From a bacterium (GTDB lineage: Bacteria > Actinomycetota > Acidimicrobiia > Acidimicrobiales > Bin134), in NCBI GenBank assembly GCA_026709815.1, contig JAPOSH010000044.1, positions 1-47,555 on the forward strand: a stretch of DNA of 47,555 nt, given 5' to 3'. Below are positions 9,626 to 19,833 of the stretch, in pieces. How positions within the stretch are numbered: the stretch's first letter is position 1; each line of letters opens with the position of its first letter. Made by a program: the position numbers and the translations under genes. The notes under the pieces are model-generated. The model searched no databases, had not been told where the DNA came from, and saw nothing but the letters and a program-made list of their open reading frames with translations.

Positions 9626-9688
9626 TTCGGTTCTCCCGAAAAGGTGCGAAATTGGGGAAGCAGCATCACTATACCGGGCCTCGGCCGA

Positions 9689-10810
9689 TCACCGGGCCAG
9701 ATCAGCGAGTTTGACCAACTCGGGCTCGATGCGCTCCACCGGTCCTGCGGGCAGGAAGAAACGCCAGAAGATGCTGCCCGCAGGGCGGCCCTCGGTGTCC
9801 AGCCAGTTGTCGACGCCGGGATCTTCGTGGGCGATCACCATCTTGAAGGCGCCGTCGGCCTCCAAGGTCGTGTTGGCCCGATTTCGGCTGGTGACTCGGT
9901 TGGCGTAGTCGTAGGTCTGGCCGAAGGCGGTCCACAGGCACACGTTCCCGAACTTGCACTCCGGCCACCGCCCGGTCATCACCAGGGCTTCGTCAGGGCC
10001 GAGCACATAGCGCCCCATGGTGTAGTAGGCGTCAAAGGCGGCAAAGCCCATCGTGCCGGGCGGCTGGGGGTCGGGCAGAACGTTGGGCTCTCGGCTGACC
10101 CATGCCGGGAGCGGATAAGTGCCGGGGACGGGCTGCTGCACAGTCTTGCCCAGCACATGGTTGGTCACCCGGCCGATGGCCGCAGCCACGGTCTCGTCAC
10201 CCCAGCGTGCGGCCGGGCCCACCGGCGAAAGGCACTCGATTGCCAGCGGGATGTGGAGCGACTCGTCGGCCGCCGCGGGCTTGGGGAACTCGAAGTAGTG
10301 GCGAGTGGTGATCCGGCCCGATTCGGGGGGCAAGTCCAGCCAGTTGCGGTCCCGGGGCGCGCCGCCCAAGAACACCTCATAGTTGCCCTCGGCGTCCACC
10401 TCGATGTCGTCGTCGTTGAGCACCCCGCCGGTGCCGGTGGCATATCGGCCCTCCGATGAGCCCAGCTCCACCGTGAACGACGTGTAGACCGCTCCGGCCA
10501 AATTGCCGGTGACCCGATAGGCCAGATCACTGCTCACCGGGGCCTCGAAGTACACCGCATCGGCATTGTCACCGGTGAACTTGCGGGTGGGCGACACAAT
10601 GCGGCGCCACACCGGGCGCTCAGGGTCGAACTCCGCGTGGGCGAACAGAGCCGACTGGAGGATGTGCAGCGCCAATCGGTGGCTGTCGGCGATGTCCTGC
10701 TCGCCGAACACCCCCCACTCCTCACCGCAAAACCGGTCGCTGGCTTGCGATAAGGCGTCAACCATGTCGGCCCACGCGGCCTGGGTCTTGGTCTGCTCTG
10801 CCATGGTCAT
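9689..10810 (-). CDS. DUF1214-domain protein
   Basis: KFTGDNADAVY, Y.SFTV, TRHYFE, VIAHEDPGVDNWLDTEG..GSIFWRF; RBS gaaggggg before ATG 10810. Confidence 0.8.
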   Translation of the reverse strand: MTMAEQTKTQAAWADMVDALSQASDRFCGEEWGVFGEQDIADSHRLALHILQSALFAHAEFDPERPVWRRIVSPTRKFTGDNADAVYFEAPVSSDLAYRVTGNLAGAVYTSFTVELGSSEGRYATGTGGVLNDDDIEVDAEGNYEVFLGGAPRDRNWLDLPPESGRITTRHYFEFPKPAAADESLHIPLAIECLSPVGPAARWGDETVAAAIGRVTNHVLGKTVQQPVPGTYPLPAWVSREPNVLPDPQPPGTMGFAAFDAYYTMGRYVLGPDEALVMTGRWPECKFGNVCLWTAFGQTYDYANRVTSRNRANTTLEADGAFKMVIAHEDPGVDNWLDTEGRPAGSIFWRFFLPAGPVERIEPELVKLADLAR

Positions 10811-10901
10811 ATCCCCCTTCGGCTTCGCCGGGACGTTACCTCGGCACCTCGAGGCCCCCACCATCCACCATTGCGTCATCTCCCCTGGATATGGTCCAAC
10901 T

Positions 10902-11477
10902 GTGAGCACAGTTCTCGTAGACGCCGCGGCTGACGCCGTTTCGGATGCGACCCCGGACGGTGTCCCGGCGGCGGTGCCCCGGCTTCCCGTCCGCGTGATC
11001 CGCAGTCCGCGTCGGCGCAAGACGGCCGCAGCGAAGGTCCAGCCCGATTGCATCGAGGTGCGGGTGCCCGCGGGGATGACCCCGGATGCCGAAGCCGAGA
11101 TGGTGGCAAGTCTGGTGACCCGCCTCGAGCGCAAGCGGGCGGCCGAGGTCTGCGGCCCGAACCTGGCCGATCGGGCGGCCGAGCTCGCCTCTCGTTACGG
11201 CTTGGCCCAGCCGGAGTCGGTTACCTGGGCCGAGCAGAACGACCGCTGGGGATCGTGTACTTCGGCCCGGGGCACGATCCGCATCTCCACCCGTCTGGCC
11301 CGGGTGCCCGGCTGGGTGCTCGATGCCGTCATCGTCCACGAGCTGGCCCACCTCAGCGAGCCCAACCACGGCCCCGCCTTCTGGGAGCTGGCCAACCGCT
11401 ATCCCCGCCAAGAACGCGCCTCCGGCTTCCTCGAAGCCATGTCAGCCGGCCACTCCGACCCCCGCCACACCGTCTGA
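10902..11477 (+). CDS. YgjP/DUF45 (M48-like) metal-dependent hydrolase
   Basis: VIRSPRRRKT, RWGSCT, DAVIVHELAHL.EPNHGPAFW. Confidence 0.88.
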   Translation: MSTVLVDAAADAVSDATPDGVPAAVPRLPVRVIRSPRRRKTAAAKVQPDCIEVRVPAGMTPDAEAEMVASLVTRLERKRAAEVCGPNLADRAAELASRYGLAQPESVTWAEQNDRWGSCTSARGTIRISTRLARVPGWVLDAVIVHELAHLSEPNHGPAFWELANRYPRQERASGFLEAMSAGHSDPRHTV

Positions 11478-11516
11478 GCCCCAAGATTATTCAAAACTAG
11501 AATTAAGGAGAGCCCC

Positions 11517-12602
11517 ATGCGCGGTGCCGTTTTGCACGCCAGCCCCGGCGAGTTGGTCGTCGAGAATCTCACCGTGGACAAACCCGATCCCAACGAGGTG
11601 CTCATCAATACCACCTATGCCGGCCTGTGCCACTCCGACCTGCACTTCATGGACGGCCATTGGCCGGTGGCGGCGCCGACGGTCATGGGCCACGAGTCGG
11701 CGGGCGTGGTGGCCGCGGTGGGCGAGGACGTGACGTATGTGAAGCCTGGCGACCACGTCATCACCTGTGTGTCGATGTGGTGCGGGGTGTGCAGCAAGTG
11801 TCTGGACGGCAAGCCCTACATGTGCCTCAACGCCGACTCCATGCGCTCGGGACGGCCAAGCCCCTCGCTGCAGCTCGACGACGGCCGGAGCTGCATCGCC
11901 TTCGCCGGGCTGGGGTCGTTCGCCGAGGAGCTGCTGGTACACGAGCGGGCGGTGGTCAAGATCCGCGACGACATGCCGCTGGACCGGGCTGCTCTGATCG
12001 GCTGCGGGGTCACCACCGGCCTGGGAGCCGTGATGCGCACCGCAGCAGTGCCCGCCGGATCGAGTGTGGTGGTGATCGGCTGCGGCGGCATCGGGCTGTC
12101 AGCCGTGCAGGGGGCCCGCATCGTGGGAGCGACGCCGATCATCGCAGTGGACGTGGCAGCATCCAAACTGGAGGCGGCGCGGCGCCTGGGCGCAACCCAC
12201 ACCGTCGATGCGTCACAGTCCGATCCGGTGGCCGCGGTCCACGAGATCACCGCGGGCGGCGCCGACTACTCGTTCGAGGCCATCGGCTTGACGGCCACCG
12301 TCGAGCAGAGCTGGGCCATGCTCGGTGCCGGCGGCACGGCCACCATCATCGGGATGCTGCCCATGACCAGCCAGGTGACCATTCCCGGCGGTGAGATCAT
12401 CTTGAGCGAGAAGAAGCTCCAAGGCTCGCTCATGGGGAGCAACCGCTTCCGGCTGGACATGCCCAAGTTCATCGACCTGTACCTTGACGGGCGGCTCAAG
12501 CTGGACGAGATGGTTTCGGCCACCATCGGCATCGACGAGGTGAACGACGGCTACGCGGCCATGAAGGCGGGCGAGACCCTTCGCTCGGTCGTAGCCTTCT
12601 GA
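11517..12602 (+). CDS. Zn-dependent alcohol dehydrogenase (class III-like MDR)
   Basis: GLCHSDLH, GHESAG, CGVCSKC..G.P.MC, GCGVTTG, GCGGIG; strong RBS aaggag. Confidence 0.93.
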   Translation: MRGAVLHASPGELVVENLTVDKPDPNEVLINTTYAGLCHSDLHFMDGHWPVAAPTVMGHESAGVVAAVGEDVTYVKPGDHVITCVSMWCGVCSKCLDGKPYMCLNADSMRSGRPSPSLQLDDGRSCIAFAGLGSFAEELLVHERAVVKIRDDMPLDRAALIGCGVTTGLGAVMRTAAVPAGSSVVVIGCGGIGLSAVQGARIVGATPIIAVDVAASKLEAARRLGATHTVDASQSDPVAAVHEITAGGADYSFEAIGLTATVEQSWAMLGAGGTATIIGMLPMTSQVTIPGGEIILSEKKLQGSLMGSNRFRLDMPKFIDLYLDGRLKLDEMVSATIGIDEVNDGYAAMKAGETLRSVVAF

Positions 12603-12632
12603 TCCTCTCCCCCCGCCCCGCTCGTTGGGCTG

Positions 12633-13844
12633 CTAGCCCCGCAGGTTGGGCAGAACGTCGGCCAGGGCGTCTAACAGGGTGTCGATCTCATGGTCGGTGA
12701 TGACCAGCGGCGGGCAGATGGCCAAAGCCGACCCGATTGGGCGCAACACCACCCCCGCCTCCAACAGCCGCATCCGGGCGGGGGCGGCGTCGCAGCCCAA
12801 TTCGGCGGCGTACACCGCCCCGGTCCCCCGATAGCTCTGAATGATCCCGTCGGCTTGGAGGGCGCCCAAGCCCTCGGAGAGCCTTTCAGCCAGGTGCGGC
12901 ACCCGCTGAACCAGTTGCTCTTCTTCCATCAGGGCCAGATTGGCCACCCCTGCGGCCATGCACGCGGGGTGACCGGCGTAGGTGTAGCCAGTGCGCAGCG
13001 CATAGCCGGGCTGCTCCAGCAAGTCGCACACCGCCCGGCTGCAAATCACCCCTCCCACCGGCTGGTAGCCCGAGGTGACCCCTTTGGCGAACGTCATCAG
13101 ATCCGGGGTCACGCCGAAGTGCTGAGCCCCGAACCATTCCCCCAAGCGGCCGAACCCGCAGATCACCTCGTCGAAAATCAGCAGGGCGCCGTGCTGGTCG
13201 CACAGTCGCCGCAGCCCCTCCAAGTAGCCGTCAGCCGGCGGAAACACCCCTCCCGCGCCCTGTACCGGCTCGGTGATGACGGCTGCCACCCGGCCATAGT
13301 TGGCGGCCATGACGGTGCTGACCGCTTCGATGTCGTCGCGGGGCACCTCGACGAAGTGGGGCAAAAGGTCGCCCCACCCTTCCCGGTTGCCGGCAATGCC
13401 CTGGGCGGAGGTGCCCCCGAAGTTGGTGCCGTGATAGGCGTCGGTGCGCCGGATGACGACCTGCCGGTCGGGCTCGCCCCGGAGCTGATGTGTCGCCCGG
13501 GCGATCTTGAGGGCGGAATCCACCGCCTCGGAACCCGAGCCGCAGAAGAACACCCGGCCGTCGGTGAGCGGCGAACGCATCGCAACCATCGCGGCCAGCT
13601 CCTCGGCTGGCTCATTCGTGAACGGGGCGAATGTCTGATAGGCGTCCAATCGCCGCATCTGGTCGGCCACGGCGTCGATGATCTCGGCCCGGCCGTGGCC
13701 CACCTGGCAGTACCAAAGGCTGGCCATGGCATCCAGGTATCGTCTGCCGTGGTCATCCCAGAGCGTGCAACCCTCGGCCCGCACGATGGTGACGAAGTCG
13801 TCAGCCGCAGGCGGGGTGAACGGGTGCAAGAACTTCGTGGGCAC
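12633..13844 (-). CDS. Class III PLP-dependent aminotransferase
   Basis: SGSEAVDSALK, AYHG, EPVQGAGG, LIFDEVICGFGRLG, PDLMTFAKGVTSGY. Confidence 0.92.
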   Translation of the reverse strand: MPTKFLHPFTPPAADDFVTIVRAEGCTLWDDHGRRYLDAMASLWYCQVGHGRAEIIDAVADQMRRLDAYQTFAPFTNEPAEELAAMVAMRSPLTDGRVFFCGSGSEAVDSALKIARATHQLRGEPDRQVVIRRTDAYHGTNFGGTSAQGIAGNREGWGDLLPHFVEVPRDDIEAVSTVMAANYGRVAAVITEPVQGAGGVFPPADGYLEGLRRLCDQHGALLIFDEVICGFGRLGEWFGAQHFGVTPDLMTFAKGVTSGYQPVGGVICSRAVCDLLEQPGYALRTGYTYAGHPACMAAGVANLALMEEEQLVQRVPHLAERLSEGLGALQADGIIQSYRGTGAVYAAELGCDAAPARMRLLEAGVVLRPIGSALAICPPLVITDHEIDTLLDALADVLPNLRG

Positions 13845-13906
13845 CGTCGAATACTAACGACCGCTGATTCACCGGCATGTCACCGGGAGTGGGATAGTCG
13901 GGGCTT

Positions 13907-14977
13907 ATGAAGCTGGGAATCGGAGTGGACATCTGGAACCAGGCTAGGCTGGACCCCTCGCTAGCCCGAGAGGAGCTGGCCAGGGTCCAGTTGGCCGAGC
14001 GCCTGGGGTACGACTCGGTGTGGTCGGCCGAGATCTACGGCGTCGACGCCATCACCCCGCTGGCCTGGATCGCAGCCCACACCCGACACATCCGGCTGGG
14101 CACCGCGGTGTGCCAGGTGGCGGCCCGGCCGGCGGTGACCACCGCTATGCAGTTCGGCACCCTGGAGGCGCTGGCCGGTCCCGGTCGGGCCATCTGCGGT
14201 TTGGGCCTGTCAGGCCCCCAGATCGTGGAGGGGTGGTACGGCCAGCCCTGGGGCAAGCCCAATGCGCTGCTGCGCGACTACGTGTCCATCATCAAGAAGG
14301 TGTTCGCTCGCCAAGAGCCGGTGACCCACGGCGGACCGCAGATCAGCCTGCCCTATGCCGGCGACGGCGCCTTGGGCGTCGGCAAGCCGCTGAAGTCGAT
14401 CTTGCACATGAACCCCGACATTCCCGTGTTCCTGGCCACCGGCGGGCCGTCCAACACCGCGCTGATGGCCGAGCTGGCCGACGGGTGGCTGCCGCTGGGC
14501 TACACCCCGGACAGCGCCCACCTCTACACCGAGTCCATCCAGAGGGGGCTCGACCGTGCCGGGCGCACCTGGGACGACATCGAGATCCAAGCCGGAGCCA
14601 AAGTGTCGATCACCGACGACGTGCAGGGGGCCATCGACGAGGCCAAGCCCCAGTTCGCTTTTCTGGTGGGGGGCTATGGAACCCGGGAGCACAACTTCCA
14701 CCGAGACGCCATGGTGCGACGGGGCTTCGGCGAGGCCGCCGAGCGCATCCAAGAGCTGTTCATGGCCGGGCGCCGGGACGAGGCGGTGGCCGCAGTGCCC
14801 GACGAGTACATCGACGACGGGGCGCTGATCGGCTCCCGCCCGCGCATCAAAGAGCGCTTCGCCCGCTGGTGCGACACCAAGGCCACCGGCCTCACCATCC
14901 GGGCCGACACCGAAGAGGAGCTGGCCTACATCGCCGAGCTGGCCGAGGCCCGCCCCCGCACCGACCGCACTCCGTAG
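13907..14977 (+). CDS. LLM-class flavin/F420-dependent oxidoreductase
   Basis: AERLGYDSVWSAEIYGVDA, GLGLSGPQIVEGWYG, ELADGW. Confidence 0.9.
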   Translation: MKLGIGVDIWNQARLDPSLAREELARVQLAERLGYDSVWSAEIYGVDAITPLAWIAAHTRHIRLGTAVCQVAARPAVTTAMQFGTLEALAGPGRAICGLGLSGPQIVEGWYGQPWGKPNALLRDYVSIIKKVFARQEPVTHGGPQISLPYAGDGALGVGKPLKSILHMNPDIPVFLATGGPSNTALMAELADGWLPLGYTPDSAHLYTESIQRGLDRAGRTWDDIEIQAGAKVSITDDVQGAIDEAKPQFAFLVGGYGTREHNFHRDAMVRRGFGEAAERIQELFMAGRRDEAVAAVPDEYIDDGALIGSRPRIKERFARWCDTKATGLTIRADTEEELAYIAELAEARPRTDRTP

Positions 14978-14995
14978 GATTCACCGGAGCAGCCA

Positions 14996-15883
14996 GTGCC
15001 TCATCCGCCCTACCTGTGCACCGGTACGCTGGGCAGAGCGCCATGGGACGACAAGGCCCGGGCTGCTTCTGCCGCTGGATTCGCCCGGCTGTCGATCTAC
15101 GGGTGGGAGCACCGCAAACTGCAAGACCGCGGATGGGGCGACGCTCGCATCATGCGCCTCTTGAGAGCACTGGGCCTTGGGGTGGCCGAGTACGACGGGG
15201 CGGTTATGACCATGCGGTCACCGGAGGGTGCCGAGGAGACAGTGGCTTCAGCCGCGGCCCTGGACGCCCGGTCGATCACAGTGTTGGAGCATTCCCATTG
15301 GCAGCCGAGCCACCACATCGACCAGGCGGCGGCCACGCTGGCCGAGATCGCCGACCAAGCCGCCGAATACGGCATCCTGGCTTTGGTCGAGCCGTTCTCC
15401 TGGTCGCCATTGGACGATCATCGGGTAGCGGCTGAGATCGTCGAGCGGGCCGACCGCCCCAACACCGGCCTGCTCGTGGACACATGGCATCTGCAGCGGG
15501 GCCCAGAACGAGGCCTGCTCGATCCCGCCATCGACTCGGCCATGATCAAGGCCATCCAAATCGGAGACACTGGCCAAATCGGAGACACCGGCCCAGACCC
15601 CGCGGGCCAGCCAACCCCCCGAGAAATCGCCGACGAGTGCATACACCGTCGGCTCATGCCCGGCGATGGAACCAGTGATATTGCCGGATTGCTAGCTGGC
15701 CTGGCCGACCGCGGTGTCGATGCCCCCGTCGCCATCGAGGTGTTCTCTGACGAGCTGAACGCTCAGGAAATCAATGTGACGGCCCGCCAAGCGATGGAGT
15801 GCTTCAAGAAGCTTCGCCTCATCCCGGATGCCAACTGTCTCCAAAGGAACTCGTTGGAGGTTGGTGGATGGGAACAAATATGA
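14996..15883 (+). CDS. Sugar phosphate isomerase/epimerase (xylose isomerase-like TIM barrel)
   Basis: ALVEPF, GLLVDTWH, IQIGD, RLMPGDG, IEVFS; contains an 18-bp duplication at 15556-15591. Confidence 0.82.
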   Translation: MPHPPYLCTGTLGRAPWDDKARAASAAGFARLSIYGWEHRKLQDRGWGDARIMRLLRALGLGVAEYDGAVMTMRSPEGAEETVASAAALDARSITVLEHSHWQPSHHIDQAAATLAEIADQAAEYGILALVEPFSWSPLDDHRVAAEIVERADRPNTGLLVDTWHLQRGPERGLLDPAIDSAMIKAIQIGDTGQIGDTGPDPAGQPTPREIADECIHRRLMPGDGTSDIAGLLAGLADRGVDAPVAIEVFSDELNAQEINVTARQAMECFKKLRLIPDANCLQRNSLEVGGWEQI

Positions 15884-15995
15884 ATCTTGAACAGATCAAA
15901 AAGAAGATTGAGTTAGTCTGCGAAGTAGCGGACGCTAGTTTTGGTGCAAATTTTATTTTAATCGAAGAGTGAACATTGAGTTTATTTTCGCCGGT

Positions 15996-17234
15996 TCAGG
16001 CAGCGATGGAGGGTTGTCGCTGGGGCTGCTGGGGTGGGGGGTGGCTGTGGCGGGCTGGGGGATGGAGGGTGTGCCGGCGGGTCTGTTCGTTTTGTTCGAT
16101 GGTGTGGCCGTGTTTGTGGGCTTTGCGGTGGCAGCTAGGGCATAAGAGGACGAGGTTGTCGATGTTGGTGGACCCGTTGAGTTCCCAAGGCACGATGTGG
16201 TGGACATCGCAGGCTTGGAGTCGGATGCCGCAGCCGACGCAGCCGCGGTCTCGGCGGTACAAGGCCAGCTTCTGGGCTTTGGTGGGCGCCCGCTGGGCTT
16301 GACCCACATACAAGGGCTGTCCATCGGCGGAGAAGATCATCGGCACGATATCGGCATCACAAGCCAAGCGGCGGAACTCGTCCAAGTCGATCGGGGCTCC
16401 GTCGATGAGCCCGGCGCCGGCGAGCCGGCCCTCGATGGCGTCGTAATCGGCGGTCACCAAAAGCACCGTCTTCTGCGGGCGGACACCGCAGCACTCGCCA
16501 TCAGCCCCAGCTTTAGGGGCATCGGCGGGTTGTTGGGTGACGAGCGCCACCAGCGCGTCGGCGTTGCGCTGCTCGAAGGTGCGAACCGGATCGAAAGCAA
16601 TGTCATCGGCGAGCATCTTGTTGCTCATGGCACCGAGCGCAACCTTGACCCGATCACCGGCTATCTGGTCCAGCTCGGCGTGCAACACGACCATGCCGCC
16701 CGCCCCATCGAACACCTTGAGGGACCGGCGGGCCCGTTGCTGCTCAGAACGGCTCATCCCGTCGGCGGCCCGGCGCTGGTCCTCGCGGGCGGCCACGGTC
16801 TTCTTGTACTCATCGTGGTTCTGCCAGCCGCCCAGCTCCAACAGCTCCTGCTGGTCTTGGACGCTCATCGGCGCTCTTTTATGTGACTCCGCCACCATGG
16901 CGCCCTGCTCCGCGGACAGGCGCCCCTGCTGCACCGCGCCCAGCACATCCGGCAGCGCCTTCAGCCCTTCGGCGGTGCGGGCCAGTTGGCGGGCTTTGTG
17001 GGCGCTGATACCGAACTGATGGCACACCGACGCCGCCGCACTGCGCCCCTCGAGCTCGCCGTAACGGGCAATGAGACCAACCAGGTACCCTTCCGCTCGA
17101 CGGCGAACCGAATCAGCCTCACCCATCAAACCCAACAACTCCGAAGCGCTCAACTCAGAGAAATCAGGAAACCTGAAACCCCCGGCAACACCGGTATTAC
17201 TATATCTTTGACCGGGGTTTATTCCGGATATCAT
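15996..17234 (-). CDS. DUF222 (13E12 repeat family) HNH endonuclease
   Basis: QRNADALVAL, RRLACDADI.P, RDRGCVGC...CDVHHIVPW..G.TNIDNLVLLCPSCHRKAH; flanked by AT-rich DNA. Confidence 0.9.
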   Translation of the reverse strand: MISGINPGQRYSNTGVAGGFRFPDFSELSASELLGLMGEADSVRRRAEGYLVGLIARYGELEGRSAAASVCHQFGISAHKARQLARTAEGLKALPDVLGAVQQGRLSAEQGAMVAESHKRAPMSVQDQQELLELGGWQNHDEYKKTVAAREDQRRAADGMSRSEQQRARRSLKVFDGAGGMVVLHAELDQIAGDRVKVALGAMSNKMLADDIAFDPVRTFEQRNADALVALVTQQPADAPKAGADGECCGVRPQKTVLLVTADYDAIEGRLAGAGLIDGAPIDLDEFRRLACDADIVPMIFSADGQPLYVGQAQRAPTKAQKLALYRRDRGCVGCGIRLQACDVHHIVPWELNGSTNIDNLVLLCPSCHRKAHKHGHTIEQNEQTRRHTLHPPARHSHPPPQQPQRQPSIAA

Positions 17235-17241
17235 ACATCAA

Positions 17242-17262
17242 ATTATACCGGACCCAGTGACA
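17242..17262 (-). promoter_or_regulatory. Putative promoter TGTCAC-N9-TATAAT, probably leaderless (7 nt before the HNH ATG)
   Basis: Minus strand reads ttgtcactgggtccggtataatttgatgtATG. Confidence 0.55.
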
Positions 17263-17423
17263 ACAACCACCCAAAATAAGAAAAAATATAGCCAAAATCG
17301 GAAAAATTATAGAGCTTTTCTCTAGAAATCGAGATGGACTGGACTTTATCGGGACCGCCTTGGCGAAATCTTCGTCGGCGAGCAAGTGGCCTACCTCAGG
17401 GGATTGAAGGCTAGATTTAGCCT

Positions 17424-18623
17424 GTGAGCGCTGATGCCATCCCTCAAGAAGTCGACGACGCCATCGACACCCTTTTGGCCGAGCACGACCCCGCTGCCAT
17501 GTCAGTGGAGGAGTTCCGGGGCCACCAGTACGACGCCGGCCTGGCCTGGGTCCACTTCCCAGCGGGTTTCGGCGGCCTCGGACTGGCCCCCCGATTCCAA
17601 CGCCACATCGAAGCCCGCCTGCGCGACGCAGGCGCCGGTCCGCCTGATCCGGGCACGTTCTTCTTCACCCTGGCCGGACCGACCATCGTGACCCATGGCA
17701 CCGACGAGCAGAAGCGCCGGTTCCTGCGGCCTATGTTCACCGGAGAAGAGCGCTGGTGCCAGCTGTTCTCCGAGCCCGGTGCGGGCAGCGACTTCGCCGG
17801 TCTGGCTACTCGGGCGATCCGCGACGGCGACGTCTGGACCGTGGACGGCCAGAAGGTGTGGAACACCATCGCCCACCTGGCTGACTGGGGCATGCTGGTA
17901 GCCCGAAGCGACCCCGATGCCCCCAAGCACCGGGGCATGACCTACTTCGCTTTGGACATGCACGCCGAGGGAGTAGAGGTGCGTCCCTTACGCCAGATCA
18001 CCGGCGAAGCCGAGTTTAACGAGGTCTATATGACGGGCGTGCAGGTGCCCGACGCCAACCGCATCGGCGATGAAGGAGGCGGCTGGGGGGTGGCGCTCAC
18101 CACGCTGATGAACGAGCGCACGGTTATCGGGGGCGGCGGCTCGCCCAAGCGGGGCTCGGGCAGCATCGCCGAACTGGTACGGGTGTGGTCGGAGCTCTCC
18201 GATGAGCAGCGCACCTCAGCTCGTCTCGACCGGGTGATGAAACTGTGGAGCCAGGCCGAGACGCTGCGGCTCACCAATATGCGGGCCTCGCAGAACCGCC
18301 GGGCCGGCAACCCCGGACCCGAGGGCTCGGTGGCCAAGGCCATACACGCCGAGCTGAACAAGTCCGTCTTCGAGGAGTGCGTGAATCTCCAGGGGCCCGC
18401 CGGGTCGGTGGACTTCGACTACACCTTCCGCCGGCCCGAAGCGGTGTCGGTAACCGGCGTTGAGAACGGGGTCGGGCACGCCTTTTTGCGATCCCGAGCC
18501 AACTCCATCGAGGGCGGCACCACCGAGATCATGCGCAACATCCTGGGCGAGCAGATCCTCGGCCTGCCCGGCGAGCCCCGGGTGGACAAAGCCATCCCGT
18601 GGAACGAGGTCCCCCGCAACTAG
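17424..18623 (+). CDS. Acyl-CoA dehydrogenase family protein
   Basis: WCQLFSEPGAGSD, GQKVWNT, RQITGEAEFNEV, RANSIEGGTTEIMRNI. Confidence 0.93.
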   Translation: MSADAIPQEVDDAIDTLLAEHDPAAMSVEEFRGHQYDAGLAWVHFPAGFGGLGLAPRFQRHIEARLRDAGAGPPDPGTFFFTLAGPTIVTHGTDEQKRRFLRPMFTGEERWCQLFSEPGAGSDFAGLATRAIRDGDVWTVDGQKVWNTIAHLADWGMLVARSDPDAPKHRGMTYFALDMHAEGVEVRPLRQITGEAEFNEVYMTGVQVPDANRIGDEGGGWGVALTTLMNERTVIGGGGSPKRGSGSIAELVRVWSELSDEQRTSARLDRVMKLWSQAETLRLTNMRASQNRRAGNPGPEGSVAKAIHAELNKSVFEECVNLQGPAGSVDFDYTFRRPEAVSVTGVENGVGHAFLRSRANSIEGGTTEIMRNILGEQILGLPGEPRVDKAIPWNEVPRN

Positions 18624-18694
18624 GTCCGAACCTGCGGTCAAGCCAGCCGATCACCGTCTCAGCGGCGGCTGCTGCCGGTTAGCCTGTCGGCCAA

Positions 18695-19741
18695 GTGCCA
18701 GTCGCCGATTCGCTGTTGTCCGTTGAGGGCGTGTGCAAGTCGTTCGGCGCGACCGAGGTGCTGGCGGACTTCGATCTGGCGCTGAACGCAGGTGAGATGC
18801 TGTCGCTGCTGGGGCCGAGCGGGTGTGGCAAGACCACGCTGCTGCGGCTCATCGCCGGCCTGGAGCAGGCCGACCGGGGCAGGGTCGTGCTGGACGGAAC
18901 CGCCGTAGACGGCGACGGTGCCTGGAGCAGGCCCGAGGACCGCCAAGTAGGCATGGTGTTCCAAGACTGGGCGCTGTTTCCGCATTTGGATGTGGCCGGC
19001 AACGTGGGCTACGGGGTTCCCCGCCGCCAGCGGACCGCAGAGGTATCCAAGACCCTGGAAATGGTGAACCTGCCGAGAACCCAAGACCGCATGCCCGACA
19101 CCCTCTCCGGCGGCCAGCAGCAGCGGGTGGCGCTGGCCCGGGCCATCGCCCCCAAACCCAAGGTCTTGTTGCTGGACGAGCCTTTTTCCAACCTGGACGC
19201 CGCTTTGCGGCGCGAGGTCCGAACTGAGGTGCGCGAGCTACTCCAAGAGGCCGAGATCACCGCGGTTTTCGTCACCCACGACCGAGAAGAGGCGCTGGCT
19301 CTCGGCGACCGGGTGGCGGTGATGAACGCCGGGCGAATCGTGCAGGAAGGATCGCCATCGGAGGTCTACCGGCAGCCGGCCAATCCGTGGGTGGCAGGGT
19401 TCGTGGGGGGGGTGTCGATGTACCCCGCGAGCGCCGCCGGAAACGTGGCCCACGCCGACTTCGGCGCCATTCCCCTGCTCAAACCGGACCAGGGCGCCGT
19501 GGAAGTGGCGGTGAGACCCGAGAATGTGGACCTGCTTCCCGACGGCAACCGCGCCGCCACTCATATCGTGGAGCGCCTGGAGTTCCAAGGGGCTGATTCC
19601 ATGGTCACGGTGGCCAACTCAGCCGGCGTCCGCCTTCAGGCCCGAGTCAGCGGCACGCAGAGCATCAAACCCGGAGATCGGGTGCTGCCGGTGTTCTCCG
19701 GATCGCCCGCGACGGCCTTTGCCCGGTCCGACGCCGACTGA
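18695..19741 (+). CDS. ABC transporter ATP-binding protein (FbpC/PotA-like, TOBE domain)
   Basis: GPSGCGKT, LSGGQQQRVALARA, LLLDEPFSNLD, VTHD. Confidence 0.92.
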   Translation: MPVADSLLSVEGVCKSFGATEVLADFDLALNAGEMLSLLGPSGCGKTTLLRLIAGLEQADRGRVVLDGTAVDGDGAWSRPEDRQVGMVFQDWALFPHLDVAGNVGYGVPRRQRTAEVSKTLEMVNLPRTQDRMPDTLSGGQQQRVALARAIAPKPKVLLLDEPFSNLDAALRREVRTEVRELLQEAEITAVFVTHDREEALALGDRVAVMNAGRIVQEGSPSEVYRQPANPWVAGFVGGVSMYPASAAGNVAHADFGAIPLLKPDQGAVEVAVRPENVDLLPDGNRAATHIVERLEFQGADSMVTVANSAGVRLQARVSGTQSIKPGDRVLPVFSGSPATAFARSDAD

Positions 19742-19833
19742 CCTCCGGCGGCCGACGGCCTGCTCAGCAGAGGCGGCAAAGAATGTAAAGCAAGCTTCAC
19801 GGATGGCGGGGCCAGCCGGTAAAGTCGCTCTTC

